This document shows, one piece after another, positions 35,622-44,292 of a stretch of DNA of 64,000 nt (position 1 is its first letter; each line of letters opens with the position of its first letter). The notes under the pieces are model-generated. The model had not been told where the DNA came from and searched no databases. It saw nothing but the letters and a program-made list of their open reading frames with translations. The DNA comes from a bacterium. Lineage in GTDB: Bacteria; Planctomycetota; UBA1135; UBA2386. Both the position numbers and the translations under genes were made by a program. Location: contig JAUILN010000011.1 of the NCBI GenBank assembly GCA_030432695.1, positions 88,950 through 152,949 on the forward strand, in the 5' to 3' direction.

Positions 35622-36479
35622 CTACCAATCCGAACCGCTCGTATCCCGCCGTTGCGGAGTCCCGCCCAGTCCGATGCTGGAGGCTTCGCGCAGTCGCTCT
35701 CCGACGAAACTGCCGACGACCGCGCGATCGTACGAACCCGACTCCGCCAGGATCAGTAGTCTCCGCAGGCTCGGGCAGCGATAGCGGTTGCAGGTAGCAG
35801 AACGGAGCGCACGCGGCTGAGCGCAGCCGGTTTCGGTGTGGAACACGCAACTCCCCGCGATGCTCCGCTCCGGCAAGTAGGACTCGAACTCCCCGAGGAG
35901 TTCCTCACGGCTCCGGCCCGGTCGACCGCGGACGACCCGACGCACCGACTCGAGATCGTGGAAGGCCTGCGTGCCGCCTCGCTGGCAGCATGATCCGCGA
36001 CACAGAGAACAGGCGGTGCTTTCGAGGTCCCCGGGAGCGGCCTCGGTCGGGGCCATGCCGTGGAAACCGGCCTGCTCCGGCGGCCGCGCATCGACCGAGT
36101 CCTCATCGGGAATCGCCATGGCCTCGTCGAGGATCGCGGCGAGGTGCTCGAGAAACCGCTGCGCGCGCTCGGGATGAAGCGGCACGAGCGGTTCCTCCAG
36201 GCCGGGAACCGGCGCCAGGAGGACGTCTCCGGAGTCGGCCGACGCGTCTCGCGCCCGCACCTCGGACAGGGCCTGCTCCTTCGCCGCGAAGTCGGCCTCC
36301 TCGGCCTCCCGCTCGCGTCGCAAGCGCTGGTGCACCTCGGACGTCGCAGCATCGACCGAGCGGCTGATCTGATGACCCAGCCTGCAGGACACCGATCCGC
36401 AGGTCGTGTCGAACCGCACGACCGCCGGTTCGAGCGACACACCACACTCTGAACAGTGGGTCCTACGAACAGGCAACAT
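35622..36479 (-). CDS. CxxCxxCC (UPF0153/YkgJ-like) putative Zn/Fe-binding protein with N-terminal Cys4 ribbon and acidic coiled coil
   Basis: The start is trimmed to ATG 36479 (MLPVRRTHCSECGVSLEP...CGSVSC). The C-terminal CSLCRGSCCQRGG...SCVFHTETGCAQPRALRSATCNRYRC matches the CxxCxxCC metal-chelating domain pattern. The gene lies in the same orientation directly downstream of hcp. Confidence 0.6.
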   Translation of the reverse strand: MLPVRRTHCSECGVSLEPAVVRFDTTCGSVSCRLGHQISRSVDAATSEVHQRLRREREAEEADFAAKEQALSEVRARDASADSGDVLLAPVPGLEEPLVPLHPERAQRFLEHLAAILDEAMAIPDEDSVDARPPEQAGFHGMAPTEAAPGDLESTACSLCRGSCCQRGGTQAFHDLESVRRVVRGRPGRSREELLGEFESYLPERSIAGSCVFHTETGCAQPRALRSATCNRYRCPSLRRLLILAESGSYDRAVVGSFVGERLREASSIGLGGTPQRRDTSGSDW

Positions 36480-36569
36480 GACGTGGGTCCAAGCACGCGA
36501 AGGGGCCGAACATGACGCGGGCTGCAGGAAGCGACGCGCCCGATCGGCCGACACCGTGACAGGAGCCGA

Positions 36570-37055
36570 TCAGCTCGCGACGGCGGCACCGAGGTCGTAC
36601 GACACCGGAACCTGCGAGGACTTCTTGTGCGACTCGTCCCACTGGAAGTACTTCATTTCGATCTTGGTGTAGGCCAGCGAGACCGACTCCGTCGGCGCGT
36701 CTCCCCCGGAGCTGACGGAGTATCCACTGATCATCGCGTCGCCGAGGATGTACTCGACGACGTTGTCGAGCTGATTCACTCCGGTCTTGGTCACGTGGAT
36801 CGTCACCGGCTTGCCGACACCCTTCAGCGCCTCCTGGAACAGGTAGGGGCTGGAATCGTCCATCTGCTTGGTCAGGGTGACCTCGCTGAGCGACGGATGG
36901 GAAGCCTCACGCTCGGTCTGCCGACCGACCATCATCGGGACGGACCGACCGCAACCGAACTGGAACGACGACACCTCGATCCAGTTCTCGTGCCCCTTGG
37001 AACTGACGTTTCCCTTGATCTCGTCCTTCTTACCGATCTGCACGTAGATGGCCAT
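36570..37055 (-). CDS. hcp: Hcp (TssD) tube protein
   Basis: ATG 37055 gives MAIYVQIGKKDEIKGNVSSKGHENWIEVSSFQFGCGRSV...PVTIHVTKTG...VSLAYTKIEMKY. At 161 aa the size and motifs are typical of Hcp. Confidence 0.95.
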   Translation of the reverse strand: MAIYVQIGKKDEIKGNVSSKGHENWIEVSSFQFGCGRSVPMMVGRQTEREASHPSLSEVTLTKQMDDSSPYLFQEALKGVGKPVTIHVTKTGVNQLDNVVEYILGDAMISGYSVSSGGDAPTESVSLAYTKIEMKYFQWDESHKKSSQVPVSYDLGAAVAS

Positions 37056-37106
37056 GGAACAACTCTCCTCGTCTAACGGGTGGTGGTGGGATGGTGGTGT
37101 TCGCCC

Positions 37107-37152
37107 CCGAGGTCCGGCGCGCACCGACGATGCGGGACGCGCCGGACCTCGG
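37107..37152 (-). promoter_or_regulatory. 15-bp GC-rich perfect stem-loop between clpV and hcp
   Basis: 37107-37121 CCGAGGTCCGGCGCG is the exact reverse complement of 37138-37152 CGCGCCGGACCTCGG, with a 16-nt loop. No U-tract follows on the minus-strand transcript. Confidence 0.45.
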
Positions 37153-37198
37153 AGGCCTGTTCAGATCAACTTGCAGCGCTCGGCTCGATCCGCAGCGC

Positions 37199-39892
37199 TC
37201 AACTCAACTCGTAGCTGAAGCCGCCGTCCTCGCGGACATCGACCCGGGCGCCAGTGATGGCACTCCCCGCCGCCATCCTAGCGAGGAACTCGGCGGACAG
37301 CTCGGGAAGCAGGGTGCGCGACAGAATGTGATCCACGTTGCGGGCACCGCTCTCGACCTCGGTGCAGCGATCCAGCACCCGCTGGACGAACCCCGGCGTC
37401 CAGGTGAACTCCGCCCGGTAGTTGGCCCGCACGCGCCGTTGGATCTTGCCGAGCTTGAGTTCCACGATCCCGCGCATCACCTCGTCGCTCAACGGGTAGT
37501 AGGGAAGGACCTGGCAGCGCCCCAGGAACGCCGGCTTGAAGGTCTTCAGCAGCTCGGGATGCATCGCCGTCACGAAACCGTCGGCGTCGGGCATCGTCTC
37601 CGGGTCGGCACAGAGCGACATCACCGCTTCGGTGCCGGCATTGGTGGTCATGATGATCACCGTATTGCGGAAGTCGATATCACGACCTTCGCCATCCTTC
37701 AGAGTGCCCTTGTCGAAGACCTGATAGAAGATCTCCTGCACGCCCGGGTGCGCCTTCTCGAGTTCGTCGAGCAATACCACCGAGTAGGGCTTGCGACGAA
37801 CGGCCTCGGTGAGCACACCGCCCTCCCCGAATCCGACGTAGCCAGGCGGCGAGCCCATGAGGAGCGAGACCTTGTGCTCCTCCTTGAACTCGCTCATGTT
37901 GATGACCGTCATGTTCTGCTCGCCGCCGTAGAGCTCTTCGGCGAGCGCGATCGCGGTCTCGGTCTTCCCGACGCCGCTGGTGCCGGCAAGCATGAACACG
38001 CCGATCGGGCGCTGCGGGTCCTTCAGATTGGCCCGGGAGATCCGGATCGACTGCGCGATCGCATCGAGCGCATGGGACTGTCCGATGACCCGCTCGCCGA
38101 GCCGCTCCTTCAGGGCCAGCACGCTCCGGATCTCGTCGGCGAGCATCCGACCCGCCGGGATTCCGGTCCAACCCGAGATGACCTCGGCGATCGCCTGACC
38201 GGTGACTGCGGGATGAACCAGCGGAGCATCACCCTGCAACGCCTTCAATTCCGCTACGAGCGCTTCGAGCTGGCGCCGCAGCTCGGCCCGCTGTTCCGGG
38301 GAGAGTTCCGCGTCGACCGGATCACCTGCCGCCTGGGCATCGGCCTCGTCCGGCCCCCCATCGGTCCGGCTCGCGGCGAGCTGCTCATGGAGCGCCCGAA
38401 TCGCATCGACGAGACGCTTCTCTTCGGCCCATCGCGCCTCGAGGGCCGACAACTCCGCGGCCGCAACAGTGCGCTCGGCTTCGATCTCCTCGAGCCGATC
38501 CCCGTGCAGGCCCTGCACCGCGTGCTCGCGCTGCAGCACGCGGGACTCCGTCTCCAGGCGCGCGATCCGGCGATGGCAATCGTCGATGGCTGCCGGCGTG
38601 GAGGATTGGCTGAGCGCGACCCGGGCGCACGCGGTGTCGAGGAGACTCACCGACTTGTCCGGCAACTGCCGCCCGGCGAGGTAGCGGCTCGACAGGCGCA
38701 CCGACTCCTGCAGAGCCTCGTCGAGGATGCGCACGCGATGGTGTTCCTCCATCACCTTGGCGAGACCGCGCATGATCTCGATCGCCACCGCCTCGGACGG
38801 TTCCTCGATCTTCACCACCTGGAAGCGCCGGGCGAGCGCGGCATCCTTCTCGAAGTACTTCTTGTACTCCGCCCAGGTGGTGGCTGCGATCGTCCTCAGC
38901 TCCCCACGAGCGAGCGCGGGCTTGAGAAGATTGGCGGCATCACCCTGACCGGCCGCCCCCCCCGCACCGATCAGGGTATGCGCCTCGTCGATGAACAGAA
39001 TGATCGGCTCGGGCGACGACTTGACCTCGTCGATGACCCCTTTGAGCCGATTCTCGAACTCGCCCTTCACACCGGCACCGGCCTGCAAGAGGGACAGGTC
39101 GAGCGTCCGCACCACGACTTTCTGCAACGCCGCCGGCACGTCGCCCTCGGTGACCCGCAGAGCGAAGCCCTCCGCAACTGCGGTCTTCCCGACTCCTGGT
39201 TCGCCGGTCAGGATCGGATTGTTCTGCCGACGCCGGGTCAGAATGTCGATCAACTGACGGATCTCGTCGTCACGACCCAGCACCGGGTCGATGCCTCCGG
39301 TCCGCGCGCGCTCCGTCAGGTCCAGCGTGTACTGGTCGAGATTCGGCGTCGCGCCGCCGGTCTTGCGCGCGCTCGGGCCCTTTCCACCCCCCTCCGCGGC
39401 CGGAGCGGACGCCGACTCGGTCGACTCGGCCTCGCACGTGGCGAGCCGTTGGGCCAGGGCCTCCGCCTGCACCTTGTTGAACTCCGTGGAGGCCTCCTTG
39501 GCCTGGCGCGCCAGCGCATCCACGGACATCAATGCCGACAGCACGTGCCCCGTATGCGCCGCCCCGGCCTGGTGGTCGAGCGACGCCACCAACCACGCCT
39601 CACGAGCGAGGTCCACGACCGCCGGAGACAGGGACGGAGGCCGCGAATTGCCGGTCTTGCACTTGTCGAGTGCGCGCTGGAGCCCGCTCCGCAAGGCGTC
39701 GAGGTCGACATCGAAACTACGCAGCGCGGCTTCCATCACGGAGCCCGTGGCCTCGAGGACCTTGATCAGCCAATGCTCGATCTCGACGTTGTAATGAGTG
39801 CGCGAGAGGCAGAGACCGGCAGCGCCTTCCAGCGCCCTACGGCCCTCGGGACTCAGGCGAGCGACGAGCGACTTGAGGTTCACTGAGGACAT
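37199..39892 (-). CDS. clpV: ClpV (TssH) AAA+ sheath-recycling ATPase
   Basis: The start is MSSVNLKSLVARLSPEGRRALEGAAGLCLSRTHYNVEIEHWLIKVL. The Walker A motifs are LTGEPGVGKTAVAEG and MLAGTSGVGKTETAIALA. At 897 aa, and adjacent to hcp and tssG, it fits ClpV. Confidence 0.95.
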   Translation of the reverse strand: MSSVNLKSLVARLSPEGRRALEGAAGLCLSRTHYNVEIEHWLIKVLEATGSVMEAALRSFDVDLDALRSGLQRALDKCKTGNSRPPSLSPAVVDLAREAWLVASLDHQAGAAHTGHVLSALMSVDALARQAKEASTEFNKVQAEALAQRLATCEAESTESASAPAAEGGGKGPSARKTGGATPNLDQYTLDLTERARTGGIDPVLGRDDEIRQLIDILTRRRQNNPILTGEPGVGKTAVAEGFALRVTEGDVPAALQKVVVRTLDLSLLQAGAGVKGEFENRLKGVIDEVKSSPEPIILFIDEAHTLIGAGGAAGQGDAANLLKPALARGELRTIAATTWAEYKKYFEKDAALARRFQVVKIEEPSEAVAIEIMRGLAKVMEEHHRVRILDEALQESVRLSSRYLAGRQLPDKSVSLLDTACARVALSQSSTPAAIDDCHRRIARLETESRVLQREHAVQGLHGDRLEEIEAERTVAAAELSALEARWAEEKRLVDAIRALHEQLAASRTDGGPDEADAQAAGDPVDAELSPEQRAELRRQLEALVAELKALQGDAPLVHPAVTGQAIAEVISGWTGIPAGRMLADEIRSVLALKERLGERVIGQSHALDAIAQSIRISRANLKDPQRPIGVFMLAGTSGVGKTETAIALAEELYGGEQNMTVINMSEFKEEHKVSLLMGSPPGYVGFGEGGVLTEAVRRKPYSVVLLDELEKAHPGVQEIFYQVFDKGTLKDGEGRDIDFRNTVIIMTTNAGTEAVMSLCADPETMPDADGFVTAMHPELLKTFKPAFLGRCQVLPYYPLSDEVMRGIVELKLGKIQRRVRANYRAEFTWTPGFVQRVLDRCTEVESGARNVDHILSRTLLPELSAEFLARMAAGSAITGARVDVREDGGFSYELS

Positions 39893-40011
39893 GACTCCGA
39901 CTCAACCTCGCTTGGAGGTGCTCCTCGACTTCCAGCGGAACCACCGCACACCGACAGACAGCGCTTCGGGTGGCCGGCGGACGGGTCGCAGCGACAGGAA
40001 CGCGTCCCTGA

Positions 40012-41061
40012 TCATCCGCGAGCCTCCGGCGAGAGTCCACAGCGCATGAGGGCCGTTCGCGCGCCTGGCGTAGCTCCAGTTCGTTCCATGAAAGCGTCCC
40101 TGCCGAGCCGTGCCGGTTCGACGTGTCCGGAGGCACCGAGTCGAATCCCCGGTGACTCGCCGGCCGCGAGCACGAGCGACAGCTCGAAGTCGTTCTCCAG
40201 GCCCAGGTAGTCCCGCACCACACCAGGAATCCCACAGTCACCGGCGATCCCGGCGTGCAAGGCGAGGAAGCGCGCGCGTGAGACCGGCCCCACGTGGACC
40301 CGGATCCGGCTCGACACGTCCCAGACCCGGGCACCGAGTGTGGCTCCCCTCCCCAAGCGAGCCGACGGGTCATGTCGTGCCGGCCGACCGCGCAACACGG
40401 TCCGGTCGGCGGGCTCGATGGCCAGCCAGCGCCCGACGAACTCCTCGACCCGGACGGCTACCCCGAACAGGTCCCGCAGCAAGGACTCGAGAGCCTTTGC
40501 GGAACGGACGCCACGAGCGTAGTGGCCGCTAGCAAAGGCCACGGCCCGGTCGAGCCCAGGAGCGCGAGCGCGGATCGATTCGAACCCGCGACCGGCGAGG
40601 CTTCGCACAGCGATCGTGAAGGCATCATCCCGCCCGGCGGTATACCGCGCCCGCTCATAGCTGAACGGGAATCGGTACTTCACCCAGGCCCTATGGAACA
40701 GCGAGAGCAGCCGATGATGGAACAGGTCGAGCCACTCGAGGAAGGTCTCGTCCCGATTGTGCCGACGTCGGATCGCGAGTTCGCTGTAGTGTTGTGGCAG
40801 GACCCCCGTAGCGCCGACGAAGCCCAGGAAGCGGATCTCGAGTTCCTTGCCACGACCGGGAGCATCACGGTCCCGCAGACCCCGCACCTCGGTCGCGGGG
40901 AACGCCAGGGACGGCGAGACGCGAAACCGGATGCACTCGGCCCCGGGCGGCGCGTCGGCGCCCACCGGGCGGAGCGAGCCCTCCTTCGCGGCCGTCTGCT
41001 CCAGCTCGCGAACCAGCTGGAAGAAGGAGTAGCGCTCGGGTCGCTGGCGAGCGGTGGCCAT
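40012..41061 (-). CDS. tssG: TssG baseplate protein
   Basis: The start is trimmed to ATG 41061 (MATARQRPERYSFFQLVRELE), overlapping the tssF stop (TGATG). Motifs are IRFRVSPSLAFPATEV, LGFVGATGVLPQHYSE and LDLFHHRLLSLFHRAW. Confidence 0.9.
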   Translation of the reverse strand: MATARQRPERYSFFQLVRELEQTAAKEGSLRPVGADAPPGAECIRFRVSPSLAFPATEVRGLRDRDAPGRGKELEIRFLGFVGATGVLPQHYSELAIRRRHNRDETFLEWLDLFHHRLLSLFHRAWVKYRFPFSYERARYTAGRDDAFTIAVRSLAGRGFESIRARAPGLDRAVAFASGHYARGVRSAKALESLLRDLFGVAVRVEEFVGRWLAIEPADRTVLRGRPARHDPSARLGRGATLGARVWDVSSRIRVHVGPVSRARFLALHAGIAGDCGIPGVVRDYLGLENDFELSLVLAAGESPGIRLGASGHVEPARLGRDAFMERTGATPGARTALMRCGLSPEARG

Positions 41062-42896
41062 CAGACGATCTGCCTCGTCCCGGATCGCGCAGGCCAGCGC
41101 CGCAGCCCCCCCTCGCGCGCCCCGGTATCGACCGAGAGGCGCACGAACGAGTTCACCGAGCAGTAGATGCCGAAGAACACCTCGAGGACGCTGGCGAACA
41201 GGAACAGGCCACGATCCGAAAACCGCTTGCCGTCGAGTTCGAGCCGGATCTCGGTGCCGCGCGCGAAGCCGGATCGGCCGCCGGTCGCGATCCGCATCGC
41301 GACCGGCCGCGCATCGACCGAGAGGACCGAGTCGATCACCGCGGCGGTCGCGGCATCGCCGACGTAGTCGTAGAGCCGCAGCACCTCCCGAAGCGCCGTT
41401 GCCGCATCCTTGCCGCCAACGATGGAGAGGTGGTTCAGCGACAGGTGGGAGATCAACCGCCATTGGGCTCCCTCGCCGCGCCTCGGCCGAACCGTCCGCG
41501 TCGGAGCGGTCAGGCACCGCACACGTGCCACGGGCACGGAACCATCGACCAATGCCATCCGCGGCTCATTGACACCGAAGGGCAATCTGGCGGGCAGGTC
41601 GCGGTTCAGGCACGTGGTCTCAACGGTGACGACGGATGCGTCGTCGCTCCGGGGCCGCATCGACTCGTCGACCAGACGCAACGCCACCTCCGTTCCGCGC
41701 GCAGATTTGGCACTCGAACTGCCGACGTCGCGTCGAACCACATGGTAGTAACGGCCTGGAGTGTCGCCCTCGTCGCGGCCATGGTCGAGGCCGAAGAACG
41801 GCCGGTAGTCGCACCGCGAACCGTCGGGAGCGACCGCCGAGACCGCATCGATCGAGTGCACCTCGATCGCATGGGGTCGCCTCGCGTTCGGAACGACCAG
41901 GATCTCCGGCTCCCGGCCGTCGAGTCGGACCGGCTCGGCACGTCTCGGGAACAGGTTGACGATCGGCGTCGCGCCAAGCACGAAGCTCGCCGCGGTCAGG
42001 CTCTGCTGGAGTTCGGCAGGACAACGGCGGAGGAAGAAGTAGAGGGTGAACTCACGATCGGCGCGCTGCAGCGCCGGGCCCGCCAGGTCGCACAGATCGA
42101 CGAACAGGAACTTGGCAGGGAAGGCGAAGTACTCGGTGAGGAGTCGATACGCCGGATTGGAGCGACCGGGACACGGCAACACGCCCTCGTCGTCGGCGAA
42201 ACCGACCGGCCGGATGATCTCGGGGCCGAGGAGCTGCGGTCGGCGGTCCCGCTCGGAGGTCGCGACGGCGACCTCCAGGACGTCGTTGAGCAGGAGTTCG
42301 TAGCTACTGAGCGCAACGGGCAGCTGCCCGCCCAGGAACAGCCGGATCCGATCGATTCCGAGCCCTTTGATGCTCGCCGACTCCGACAGCGTCCGGATCG
42401 TCAGTCGCAGCACGCCCTGCGCGGATGTGGAGCGCAACGTGGTCGGAGAAGTGAACGGGGCAGCCTCCAATCTCGCCTCGGCGACCTCGATCGGCAGCAG
42501 CGTCACGTCGTAGCAGGTGCGGAACCTGCAGGGTTCACCGTGCTCCCGGTCGGTCTCCACGAACGCCCCCGCCGCGATCTCGTGCACGTCTTCGACGTCC
42601 CTGGCGAGTTCCAAGCTGGCGATGGCCATGGATGGGATCGGCGCGAGGTAGTGCGGGTAGAGCACCTCGAAGAGCGCGTCGGTCAGCTCGGGGAAGTCGT
42701 CCTCGAGCTTGCAGCGGATCCGTGCATTGAGAAACGCCGCCGATTCGATGAGGCGCGCGACGTGGGGATCCTCCACCGCGTTCTCACCGAGCCGCAGGCG
42801 CCCCGCGATCTTGTGATGGTTGCTCGCGAACTCCGCGCCCATGTGCCGCAGGAACGCCAGCTCGCTGTTGTAGTAATGGAGAAGGTCGTCGGTCAT
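41061..42896 (-). CDS. tssF: TssF baseplate protein
   Basis: The sequence MTDDLLHYYNSELAFLRHMGAEFASNHHKIAGRLRL...DPHVARLIESAAFLNARIRCKLEDDFPELTDALFEVLYPHYLAPIPSM is the classical TssF N-terminus. Length is 611 aa. Confidence 0.95.
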   Translation of the reverse strand: MTDDLLHYYNSELAFLRHMGAEFASNHHKIAGRLRLGENAVEDPHVARLIESAAFLNARIRCKLEDDFPELTDALFEVLYPHYLAPIPSMAIASLELARDVEDVHEIAAGAFVETDREHGEPCRFRTCYDVTLLPIEVAEARLEAAPFTSPTTLRSTSAQGVLRLTIRTLSESASIKGLGIDRIRLFLGGQLPVALSSYELLLNDVLEVAVATSERDRRPQLLGPEIIRPVGFADDEGVLPCPGRSNPAYRLLTEYFAFPAKFLFVDLCDLAGPALQRADREFTLYFFLRRCPAELQQSLTAASFVLGATPIVNLFPRRAEPVRLDGREPEILVVPNARRPHAIEVHSIDAVSAVAPDGSRCDYRPFFGLDHGRDEGDTPGRYYHVVRRDVGSSSAKSARGTEVALRLVDESMRPRSDDASVVTVETTCLNRDLPARLPFGVNEPRMALVDGSVPVARVRCLTAPTRTVRPRRGEGAQWRLISHLSLNHLSIVGGKDAATALREVLRLYDYVGDAATAAVIDSVLSVDARPVAMRIATGGRSGFARGTEIRLELDGKRFSDRGLFLFASVLEVFFGIYCSVNSFVRLSVDTGAREGGLRRWPARSGTRQIV

Positions 42897-42906
42897 GGCA
42901 ACCTCG

Positions 42907-43380
42907 TCATCCGATCCGACGGCTCACCGGCTCCATCCGGAAATCGAAGGAAGTCTTCTCGCTCTCGCTCTCCAGCCGCAACGTCGCACGGATCCGGAAA
43001 CGCAGGGTCCGGTCCTCGGAACTGCTGTTGTCGAGCGAAGTCACTTGCACATCGACGAGCCGTGGATCCATGGCGCCGATCACTACCCGCATCTCCGCCA
43101 GGAACGCCTCGCGCCGCTCAGCGGACGCGAGGTTGGCACCGCTGAGGTCCACGATCCCGTATTCGAAGACCGAGCGCCGCAACTCCTCGAATTCAGCAGG
43201 GCAGGACAGGCACCGCTGACGGGTATTGAGCAGGTTCTGGAGATCCTGACGCACCGACTCGCGGACCCGATCCATCTGACGACGAGAAGACAGGGATTCC
43301 TCGGACTTCTGCTCCGGGTCCTCGTCGATCAACGACCACAGCAAGGACTGCCGGATCCCGTTCTCGTCGTCGAGCGGCAT
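42907..43380 (-). CDS. tssE: TssE (gp25-like) baseplate protein
   Basis: The protein is 157 aa. SLLWSLIDEDP...VRQDLQNLLNTRQRC...FEYGIVDLSG is typical of the GPW/gp25 family. The gene lies between tagJ and tssF. Confidence 0.9.
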   Translation of the reverse strand: MPLDDENGIRQSLLWSLIDEDPEQKSEESLSSRRQMDRVRESVRQDLQNLLNTRQRCLSCPAEFEELRRSVFEYGIVDLSGANLASAERREAFLAEMRVVIGAMDPRLVDVQVTSLDNSSSEDRTLRFRIRATLRLESESEKTSFDFRMEPVSRRIG

Positions 43381-43457
43381 GGGTCACCTCGAAACACGGC
43401 AGTCCGCTTCACACCGTTGCGAGACGGGCGGACACGACACGGCTCTCGAACGGCAGG

Positions 43458-44249
43458 TCACGAGTCCCCTCCGCCGAATTCGACCACACCGAGTTCCGGC
43501 AGCGTCACCGCATCGTCGCCGACCAGGAACATCCGGAGACCGGCGCCTCGGACCGGCGCCTCCTCGGTCCACTCGGTGGCTCGCCCGAGCCGGAGCGACT
43601 CGGCGGCCGGGGCCGGAGCATAGATCGCGGGGAGATAGACCTCGCCCTCGGGACCGTTCTCGACCTCCATGCCGGCCTGCCGCCAGATGAGACCACGGGC
43701 CCCCTCCAGGCGTCTAAGCTCGAGCCGCTTGACGCGCGCCATCGGCACCCAGAAGTATTTGCCCGTGCTGGTGAGCACCTCGAAGAAGCCCGCCACCAGA
43801 TCGTCGCAGTCTCGGAAGTCATCCACCCGACGCCCGTCGTAGTGACAGGACAGAGGGCCCCGAAGTTCCTCGGCTGCGGCGAGCCCGTCCCGCGCTTCGT
43901 CGCCCCGCCCCTCGCGAAGATCGAGGATGGCCCGCAGATGCGCCTGCAGCCACGGCTCCGGCGCGGCGAGAAACTCCGGTACGCGCCCTTCCAGGAACAC
44001 CTCCTGCCGCCACTTCTCGGCCCGGATCAGCTGGCGGACGAGTGCGACCGTCGGAACCGAGCCCGGCGCGATCTTGGAGATCGCCTCGAGCTGGACATCC
44101 GCCCGATCGAAGTTGCCGACGATGCACAGCATGTCGGCGAGGAACGCCCGTCGGTCGGGATCCGAGGGATGCGCACGGACCTCGCCGTTCATGGCGTCGA
44201 TCGCCTCTCCTACCTTGCCGGCGCGGAACAGATCGTGGGGGTTCGTCAT
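43458..44249 (-). CDS. tagJ: TagJ (ImpE-like) T6SS accessory protein
   Basis: ATG 44249 gives MTNPHDLFRAGKVGEAIDAMNGEVRAHPSDPDRRAFLADMLCIVGNFDRADVQLE, an ImpE-type N-terminal TPR-like signature. The gene sits between tssC' and tssE, as in imp clusters. Confidence 0.8.
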   Translation of the reverse strand: MTNPHDLFRAGKVGEAIDAMNGEVRAHPSDPDRRAFLADMLCIVGNFDRADVQLEAISKIAPGSVPTVALVRQLIRAEKWRQEVFLEGRVPEFLAAPEPWLQAHLRAILDLREGRGDEARDGLAAAEELRGPLSCHYDGRRVDDFRDCDDLVAGFFEVLTSTGKYFWVPMARVKRLELRRLEGARGLIWRQAGMEVENGPEGEVYLPAIYAPAPAAESLRLGRATEWTEEAPVRGAGLRMFLVGDDAVTLPELGVVEFGGGDS

Positions 44250-44292
44250 GGGCTTCCTGGAATCGGCACTCGGTCGAGAAGAAGGAGTTCGA

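Noticed and set aside
37091-39886. 931-aa plus-strand ORF antisense to clpV
   Set aside because: Shadow ORF. The minus strand encodes an unmistakable ClpV.
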